Part shown: positions 8,965 to 15,469 of the stretch, piece by piece
Layout: every line of letters begins with the position of its first letter
Numbering within the stretch: position 1 is the stretch's first letter
NCBI GenBank assembly: GCA_011390075.1
Contig: JAABTA010000001.1
Span: forward strand, 1 to 24,050
DNA from: Helicobacteraceae bacterium
Lineage (GTDB): Bacteria > Campylobacterota > Campylobacteria > Campylobacterales > SZUA-545
DNA: 24,050 bases
Direction of reading: 5' to 3'
Notes under the pieces: generated by a model
The model's input: only the letters and a program-made list of their open reading frames with translations
Told to the model about the DNA's origin: nothing
The model's database searches: none
Translations under genes and position numbers: made by a program

Positions 8965-10550
8965 CTGCTAATCTCTTTAAAATAGTATCTAAAAAGGCTT
9001 CCTTTGTTAGGCTCTGAGAGTACCTCTATGGCGATAGAGTTTCTATCACAGATCTCTTTAACAACTGTAAGCCCTATGCCAAAACCACCTTTGTAGGTAT
9101 TCTCTCTATAGTACCTCTCAAACACTTTTTCAGGGCTTTTAACCCCTTTTCCCTCATCTTGAAACTCTAAAATGACATAAGCATCTTGTTTATAAAGCGT
9201 TACAGAGACAGACTTTTTTTCTAAGTTGTATTTTATACTATTTGAGAGAGTATTATCAATGATTCTTGAGAGCTCTATGGTATTTATATTGACAAAAAGA
9301 TCTTGTTTGGCAGAAAAAGTGATGGTTTGGTTGTTGCCTTTGGCAATGTCATCAAAATAGTCGCATCTGCTTTTTGTAAACTCTGAGAGATTAACAGTCT
9401 CTTTTATATAGACTCCCTTGTCTTTATTGAGAAAAAAGTTAAAATCATCATAGATTGAGGAGAGAGTTTTTGTTGCAGAGATAATTCTTTGAAGATATTT
9501 TGGGTTTTGAATATCTCTTGAGAGCACCTCTAAATAGGTGTTAATCACTGCTATTGGAGTATTGATCTCATGGATAGAATTTTTAATAAAGATATCTTGG
9601 GTCTCTAAAAGTTTCTCTATTTTACTATAGGCAATTTCTAGTTTCTCCTCTTTGTCTTTAATATCGGTTATATCTGTATTGGATCCAAGCATACGAATAT
9701 GCTTATGCTTTTTTGACCAGATGGAGTGAGCTTTACAAAGCACCCACTTAAAACCACTGGAAGTTTTGATTCTAAATTCGCACTGAAAGGTGTCTTTGTG
9801 GTGCTTGTGTTTTTTTAGAGCGTGTAAAAGTTTGCTTCTATCTTTTTTTTCAATGAGATCTAAAAACTCTTTTTCGCTAAAGGGTTTGTGTCTGTTTGGA
9901 AGCCCTAGCATCTCATAAAACCGAGAGGAGCAAGAGACTTCGCTTTCTTGAATATCCCAATCCCAAACACCATCATTGGTTGTAAGGGCAATGACTTTGA
10001 GTCTCTCTTCGCTCATCTCTAGTTCTTGACTTTTTTTTCTATAATTCTCCTCTAGCTCTTTGTATAAAATAGCATTTTCTAAAATAGAGGAAGCGTAATC
10101 GGCCAAGAGTACGAGCATTTTTTCATCGTCCTTTTCAAAATTGCTCTGCTTTTTATTGAGCACTTGAAAAACGCCAATGGTCTCTTTATGGAGATTGATA
10201 AGGGGTACGGTGAGTATGTTGTGGGTAGTGTATCCTGTGTGCTCATCAATCTCTTTAAAAAAACGAGGATCACTATACGCGTCTTGCACTATTATAGGTT
10301 TCTTTTGCAAAATCGTATGGCCCGCAATTCCATTTTTTGCACAAATGGTAATGGTCTCTTTGACTCCTAAAGCCACCCGTGTCCAAAGCTCATCTTTTTC
10401 TTTATCAAGGATAAAAATAGAGGCCCTGTCTGCATCTACAATATCTTTTGCGATATTGCTCAGTGTCTCTAAAAGTGAATCGAGATCTTTTTCATCACCA
10501 ATAGCTTTACCAAGTTTAAGAAGAATTTGTAACTTTTTTTCGCAATCCAT
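8961..10550 (-). CDS. Soluble GAF-PAS sensor histidine kinase
   Basis: True start is ATG 10550 (MDCEKK, GGGAG SD), not 10721. GAF (ADRASIF...GIAG...VQDAYSDPRF...ILTVPL...VLNK), PAS (DGVWDWD...EFRI...KW...GSNTDIT), H-box SIHEINTP, N-box DNTLSNSIKY, G-boxes DEGKG and GFGIGL. No transmembrane helix. Confidence 0.9.
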   Translation of the reverse strand: MDCEKKLQILLKLGKAIGDEKDLDSLLETLSNIAKDIVDADRASIFILDKEKDELWTRVALGVKETITICAKNGIAGHTILQKKPIIVQDAYSDPRFFKEIDEHTGYTTHNILTVPLINLHKETIGVFQVLNKKQSNFEKDDEKMLVLLADYASSILENAILYKELEENYRKKSQELEMSEERLKVIALTTNDGVWDWDIQESEVSCSSRFYEMLGLPNRHKPFSEKEFLDLIEKKDRSKLLHALKKHKHHKDTFQCEFRIKTSSGFKWVLCKAHSIWSKKHKHIRMLGSNTDITDIKDKEEKLEIAYSKIEKLLETQDIFIKNSIHEINTPIAVINTYLEVLSRDIQNPKYLQRIISATKTLSSIYDDFNFFLNKDKGVYIKETVNLSEFTKSRCDYFDDIAKGNNQTITFSAKQDLFVNINTIELSRIIDNTLSNSIKYNLEKKSVSVTLYKQDAYVILEFQDEGKGVKSPEKVFERYYRENTYKGGFGIGLTVVKEICDRNSIAIEVLSEPNKGSLFRYYFKEISR

Positions 10551-10578
10551 AAAGGCTCCCCGCTTTTTGTCGATAGTG

Positions 10579-10585
10579 TATTGTA
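10579..10585. promoter_or_regulatory. Overlapping divergent -10 hexamers (TATTGT on +, TACAAT on -) between the kinase and the protease
   Basis: The 56-bp divergent gap contains + TATTGT at 10579-84 and - TACAAT at 10585-80. Confidence 0.45.
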
Positions 10586-10606
10586 ACCAAACAAAGTGAT
10601 GTTTCA

Positions 10607-12211
10607 GTGAAGCCAAAAATAAAAAAGCCAAAAATATCCATTGCTCTTTGTGGGATTTTACTGGCTGGATGCGCCAGCGAAAAAGAGAGTAGATATAGCA
10701 CACCTCAAACAAAAGAGCCAACGGCTAATACTCAAAACTCTAGCTATTTTCCTCCTCATCTTGCAGTTCCTTCACTGCAAGAAGACCCACTTGCAAAATA
10801 TCAGTGGCACTTAGTCAATATTGGGCAAAATTCTGGAGCCAAGCTCTCCTCTTCTGAGGGAGAAGATCTTAGACTAGAAGAGATCTGGAGCAGTTTTAGG
10901 GGCAGAGGGGTCAAAATTGCCATAGTGGATACAGGTGTGGAGCTTAACCATCCTGATTTGAATGAAAATATTGACTTAAGCCTTAGCTACAACTATAAAA
11001 CAAAACAAAGAGATCCTACCCCAACAGGAGCAGAAAAAGAGATAGCCCACGGCACTGCTTGTGCGGGGATCTCTGCAGGGGTTGGGTTTAATCAGGTTGG
11101 AGTCCGAGGGGTAGCCCCTGCTGCAAAAATAGTGGGGCTCAATGTTTTTTCCAATCCGACAACTGCAAGTTTTGCCCAAGCCCTTTTTAGATCTAGCGAA
11201 ATAGATATCTACTCAAACTCTTGGGGAGAAGCAGATATTTTGTCACAGGGTATATCTCAAATGGAATTAGATGCCATTGAAGATGGCATTACATACGGCA
11301 GAGGTGGATTGGGCTCTATCTATATATTTTCTTCAGGAAACAATAGAAAAAAGAGGCATAACGGAAACTACTTTCAAGAGCAAAATAACAGATTTGTTCT
11401 TTCTGTGGGAGCCCTTTCGGCAAGAGGAGAGGTTGCTAGCTACTCCAATCCAGGAGCCAATATTTTAGTGAGCGGATATGGTGGCGAAGATGGCTATAAT
11501 AGACCGGCTATTGTCACAACAGACACCACAGGATTAGAGCGCGGTTTTGATAAAGAGTATAGAGAACTAGGGGTGATGGATGTTGCAGGCAACGAAAATG
11601 GAGCGTATACCCATCTTATGAATGGTACAAGTGCTGCTGTTCCTATGGTTGCAGGTGTTGTGGCTTTAATGCTCGAAGCAGCGAGGAGTAATAATAACTT
11701 TTTAACCTATAGAGATGTTAAGTATATCCTAGCAACTACGGCAAGAAAAAATAGTCCAGGCAGTCCTTCGTGGTTTCGTAATGGAGCAGGGCATTTAGTG
11801 AGCCATAACTTTGGTTTTGGCGTGGTCAATGCCAAAGAGGCTGTCTTGGTAGCCCAGAATTTTCCATCCCTCAAAAAAGAGAAGATTTCAAAACTTTTTA
11901 TGGCAAAAAACTCTCAAATGATCACTATCGAAAACACCAATGTTGATCATATAGAGTTTGTAGATATTTGGGTGGATATAGGGGGACAAGACCCTAAAGA
12001 TCTTGAGATTTCTCTTATTTCACCACTTGGTACCCGCTCCGTTTTACAGACACAAGAGGCTCCCTTGCCACACAACTTCCTAAGAAAATGGCGTTTTGGC
12101 AGTGTGCAGTTTTTGGATGAGTCAAGCACGGGAGCGTGGCGTTTAGAAGTTGTAAGCAGACAGAACGAAGCAGAGATATATTCATGGGGAGTACAATTTT
12201 ATGGACATTAA
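10607..12211 (+). CDS. Kexin/furin-like S8 serine protease with P-domain; predicted lipoprotein lacking a propeptide
   Basis: Lipobox LAGC (Cys22). Mature-type start DPLAKYQWHL at residue 60. Catalytic VDTG, HGTACAG, oxyanion SSGN and NGTSAAVP. Furin-like DIYSNSWG, GRGGLGSIYIF and SHNFGFG. P-domain DLEISLISPLGT...GAWRLEV. Confidence 0.92.
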   Translation: MKPKIKKPKISIALCGILLAGCASEKESRYSTPQTKEPTANTQNSSYFPPHLAVPSLQEDPLAKYQWHLVNIGQNSGAKLSSSEGEDLRLEEIWSSFRGRGVKIAIVDTGVELNHPDLNENIDLSLSYNYKTKQRDPTPTGAEKEIAHGTACAGISAGVGFNQVGVRGVAPAAKIVGLNVFSNPTTASFAQALFRSSEIDIYSNSWGEADILSQGISQMELDAIEDGITYGRGGLGSIYIFSSGNNRKKRHNGNYFQEQNNRFVLSVGALSARGEVASYSNPGANILVSGYGGEDGYNRPAIVTTDTTGLERGFDKEYRELGVMDVAGNENGAYTHLMNGTSAAVPMVAGVVALMLEAARSNNNFLTYRDVKYILATTARKNSPGSPSWFRNGAGHLVSHNFGFGVVNAKEAVLVAQNFPSLKKEKISKLFMAKNSQMITIENTNVDHIEFVDIWVDIGGQDPKDLEISLISPLGTRSVLQTQEAPLPHNFLRKWRFGSVQFLDESSTGAWRLEVVSRQNEAEIYSWGVQFYGH

Positions 12212-12575
12212 AAAGCTACTTTTTTTTCTACCGGCACTCCTTTTTGCGGAGTACTCTTTTAAGGTAAGCCAAGAGAAATTTGCGACCTATAAAGAGCAAA
12301 GAACAAGCAGATCGCAAAATGCACACACTTTTCTGCGAGAGGGTGTGCAGATGAAAACGGATGGCAAAATGATTGTCTCTTTTAAACAACCTATGGCTAT
12401 TAAACAGTTTGAAACGAGCTATGGCGTCAAAATGGTGGCAAAGATCTCCCAAACAAGAGAGAGTTATATTTTTACAACCTCAAACTCTTTGGGAGCAACT
12501 TGCGAAAAAATTGGTAAAGACGACAGAGTGAGATTTGCATTTCCAAATTGGAAAGATAGAAAAGAGCTGTATTGA
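12201..12575 (+). CDS. Small secreted protein with subtilase-propeptide (I9-like) features; candidate external chaperone/inhibitor
   Basis: Signal peptide, DGKMIVSFK and DRVRFAFPNW resembling the propeptide 'IVkF' and 'V.YAEPN' motifs. 11-nt overlap with the protease, GGGGAG SD. Confidence 0.65.
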   Translation: MDIKKLLFFLPALLFAEYSFKVSQEKFATYKEQRTSRSQNAHTFLREGVQMKTDGKMIVSFKQPMAIKQFETSYGVKMVAKISQTRESYIFTTSNSLGATCEKIGKDDRVRFAFPNWKDRKELY

Positions 12576-12586
12576 TGAAGGACTAA

Positions 12587-12648
12587 GACACCCCTAGAGG
12601 TTCTAGAGGCGTCCGCAACCGACTTCGTGGTAGTATCGGTAGCACGCC
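12587..12648. other. GC-rich (37/62 nt) intergenic structured element with two overlapping stems; REP-like repeat, ncRNA or 3' UTR structure
   Basis: Stem A: GACACCCCTAGA/TCTAGAGGCGTC. Stem B: GGCGT...ACCGA...TCGGT...ACGCC. The two share GGCGT at 12608-12612. Confidence 0.5.
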
Positions 12649-12670
12649 AATTTTCTAAACCCTTTTTTAA

Positions 12671-12676
12671 TATAAT
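12671..12676 (+). promoter_or_regulatory. Putative sigma70 -10 box of der
   Basis: TATAAT preceded by a T-rich tract, 47 nt before GTG 12724. Confidence 0.5.
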
Positions 12677-12723
12677 TTATTCTGATCTAAAAGGTCAATA
12701 CTTTAATAACCAAAAGGTAGCAA

Positions 12724-14133
12724 GTGGTAAAAGTAGCATTAGTTGGTAGGCCAAATGCAGGAAAAAGTTCTCTGTTTAATCGTTTTGTAAAGTTTAGAGA
12801 TGCAATCACAAGCGATGTGGCAGGAACAACAAGAGATATCAAAAAAAGAGTGGCCACATTTAATGGATACGAAGCAGAGCTTTTTGATACAGGGGGACTA
12901 GAGGATAGGGATGAGATGTTTTTGCATGTAAAAAGAAAAGCATTAGAGTCTGCAAAAGAGGCAGACATTGTGCTTTTTATTGTGGATGCAAAAATTATCC
13001 CTGATGACGAAGATAAAAAACTTTTTTACTCCATCCAAGAAGCGTGTGGAAAAATTGCTCTTGTGCTTAACAAAGTGGATAACGAAAAGCAGGATGATAG
13101 GCTTTTTGAGTTCTACTCTTTTGGTGCGGAGAATGTGTTTTTAATCTCTTGTGCCCACAATAGGGGTGTGGCTACTTTAGAAAATTGGGTGGGTCACTCT
13201 ATTAAAGAGATTGGTGGATATATAGATGCAGCACATGTGGAAAAATTTGATGAGTTTGATGGTTTGTTGGATAATTTTGATGAAGAGGGAGAGCTATTAG
13301 AAACAGCGCAAGAGGAGGACTCTAATGAGATTAGAGTTGCGATTATTGGTCGCCCTAATGTTGGAAAAAGCTCTTTGCTCAACGCGCTTATTCAAGAGGA
13401 GCGATCGGTTGTGAGCTCTATTGCTGGAACAACTATCGATCCTGTAGATGAGACGATTACTGTAGGAGATAAAGCGATCACTTTTGTGGATACAGCAGGG
13501 GTTAGGAAGCGATCAAAGATACTCGGGATAGAGAAGCTAGGACTCAATAGAACCCAAAAGATGTTAGAAAAGGCCGATATTGCCCTTTTGACCCTTGATG
13601 CCTCAGAGGAGTTTACAGAACAAGATGAGAAGGTGGCAGGGCTTATTGACAGGTATAACCTTGCTACGATTATTGTGATTAACAAATATGACATAGCTGA
13701 GCACTCCTATGAGGAGTTGGCTAAAAGTTTAAGACAAAAGTTTAGATTTTTAGAGTACGCCCCCTCCATTACCCTCAGCGCAAAAACCCTCAAACGCACC
13801 CATAAACTCACAGATCTTATTTTGCAAGTGTATGACAACTACTCCCAAAGAATTCCCACATCGAAGCTCAATGAGCTTTTAAGAGTGGCAATGATCAAAC
13901 ACCACGCCCCTACATACAAAACAAAACCACTTAAAATATATTTTGCAACACAGTTTGAGACAAAACCTCCAAAGATAGCTTTGGTCTGCAACTATCCGAG
14001 TGGATTTCATTTTAGCTTTCTTAGATTTTTAAAAAACCAAATTCGAGAGGCATTTGATTTTACAGGAAGCCCTTTGGTGTTACTGACAAGAAAAAAAGGG
14101 GAACACTCAGACGAACAGGACCACTCAAGCTAG
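12724..14133 (+). CDS. der: Ribosome biogenesis GTPase Der (EngA)
   Basis: Tandem G domains GRPNAGKS/DTGG/NKVD and GRPNVGKS/DTAG/NKYD, an acidic linker and a C-terminal KH-like domain. Confidence 0.97.
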   Translation: MVKVALVGRPNAGKSSLFNRFVKFRDAITSDVAGTTRDIKKRVATFNGYEAELFDTGGLEDRDEMFLHVKRKALESAKEADIVLFIVDAKIIPDDEDKKLFYSIQEACGKIALVLNKVDNEKQDDRLFEFYSFGAENVFLISCAHNRGVATLENWVGHSIKEIGGYIDAAHVEKFDEFDGLLDNFDEEGELLETAQEEDSNEIRVAIIGRPNVGKSSLLNALIQEERSVVSSIAGTTIDPVDETITVGDKAITFVDTAGVRKRSKILGIEKLGLNRTQKMLEKADIALLTLDASEEFTEQDEKVAGLIDRYNLATIIVINKYDIAEHSYEELAKSLRQKFRFLEYAPSITLSAKTLKRTHKLTDLILQVYDNYSQRIPTSKLNELLRVAMIKHHAPTYKTKPLKIYFATQFETKPPKIALVCNYPSGFHFSFLRFLKNQIREAFDFTGSPLVLLTRKKGEHSDEQDHSS

Positions 14134-14149
14134 TAGTTACGGCTAGAAG

Positions 14150-14158
14150 TGCTACAAT
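14150..14158 (+). promoter_or_regulatory. Extended -10 promoter (TGcTACAAT) of serS
   Basis: TG-n-TACAAT at 14150-14158, 34 nt before TTG 14193. Confidence 0.55.
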
Positions 14159-14192
14159 AAGAACTTAAAACAACAGAAGCAAAGGCGAAAAT

Positions 14193-15458
14193 TTGATAGA
14201 TATTAAACTACTACAAAATGACTATGAGAGTGTAGCTAGCAACCTAAATAGAAGAGGGGTTGATGCGTCTTTATTAGAAGAGATGAAAACTATCTCTTTA
14301 GAGCTCAAAGAAGCAAAGAGAAAATTTGAAGATCTAAAAGCACATCAAAACAGATTATCAAAAGAGTTTGGCATCTATAAAAAAGAGGGCAAAGATATTG
14401 GTGAGCTTCAATTAAAGCTTGCAGAGAACAAAAAGAGTATTGCAAGGGCCCAAGAGAACCAAAGAGATCTAGAAAACAAGTTGGATGATATTGTGCTTAG
14501 TGTCCCTAATCTTTTGGACGAAAGTGTTCCAGATGGAGAGTCAGAAGAGGATAATAGAGAGATAGAAAAAATCTTAACCCCAAGAGCGTTTAATTTTACT
14601 CCAAAACCTCACTATGAAATTGGAGAAAAAATTGGCTGGCTCGATTTTGAGAGAGGGGTAAAGCTAGCTAAGAGTCGCTTTACTGTCTTAAAAAGCGAAG
14701 CTGCAAAACTAGAACGGGCTTTGATTAACTATATGTTAGATTTTAATGCAGAGAGGGGGTTTGAGCAGGTATGGCTCCCTGCGATTGTCAACCGAGAAGC
14801 AATGACAGCAACAGGGCAACTTCCAAAATTTGAAGACGATCTTTATAAGCTCAATGAAGAGGCGGAGAAAAAAGAGCATGAGCTGTTTTTAATTCCCACA
14901 GCAGAGGTGCCACTAGTGAATCTCTTTCGTGATGAGATCTTAGATGCTAGCGAGCTTCCTGTCAAGCTAACGGCGTATACTCCATGTTTTAGAAAAGAGG
15001 CAGGAAGCGCAGGAAGAGACACAAGAGGGATGATAAGGCAACACCAATTTGACAAAGTAGAGTTAGTGGTGATTGCGCAACCGGAAAAGAGCGATGCAAT
15101 CTATGAGCAGATGATTGAGTGTGCCTCTTCTTTGCTTGCAAGCCTAGAGCTTCCCCATAGAACCATGCAACTTTGCAGTAAAGATCTAGGATTTGCTGCG
15201 CAAAAAACTGTTGATTTAGAGGTTTGGATTCCTAGCGAAGGGCGCTATAGAGAGATTAGTTCAATCTCTAATGTAGGCGATTTTCAAGGAAGAAGAGCAA
15301 AAATTAGATATAAAGATGGAAAGAAAAATAGAGTTGTGCATACACTTAATGGATCGTCTTTAGCCGTTGGAAGAACTTTGATAGCAATTATGGAGAACTT
15401 TCAAACCGAAGATGGTAAGGTGGAGATACCAAAGGTTTTACACCCCTATATTAAATAA
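14193..15458 (+). CDS. serS: Serine--tRNA ligase
   Basis: MIDIKLL start, N-terminal coiled coil, [34 protein letters not shown] and [13 protein letters not shown]. Confidence 0.98.
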   Translation: MIDIKLLQNDYESVASNLNRRGVDASLLEEMKTISLELKEAKRKFEDLKAHQNRLSKEFGIYKKEGKDIGELQLKLAENKKSIARAQENQRDLENKLDDIVLSVPNLLDESVPDGESEEDNREIEKILTPRAFNFTPKPHYEIGEKIGWLDFERGVKLAKSRFTVLKSEAAKLERALINYMLDFNAERGFEQVWLPAIVNREAMTATGQLPKFEDDLYKLNEEAEKKEHELFLIPTAEVPLVNLFRDEILDASELPVKLTAYTPCFRKEAGSAGRDTRGMIRQHQFDKVELVVIAQPEKSDAIYEQMIECASSLLASLELPHRTMQLCSKDLGFAAQKTVDLEVWIPSEGRYREISSISNVGDFQGRRAKIRYKDGKKNRVVHTLNGSSLAVGRTLIAIMENFQTEDGKVEIPKVLHPYIK

Positions 15459-15469
15459 TAAGTGAAACA

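Noticed and set aside
10610-10636. Direct repeat AGCCAAAAATA twice
   Set aside because: Only encodes KPKIKKPKI in the signal peptide n-region. Two short copies, not an array.
10551-10721. 57-aa N-terminal extension of the kinase, suggesting a long antisense overlap with the protease gene
   Set aside because: ATG 10550 has a good SD and an upstream -10 box. The extension has no domain character and is the shadow of the protease start.
12587-12668. Element read as a tRNA, CRISPR repeat or intrinsic terminator
   Set aside because: No cloverleaf, T-loop or CCA, a single copy with no spacers, and the T-run is about 14 nt away from the stem.
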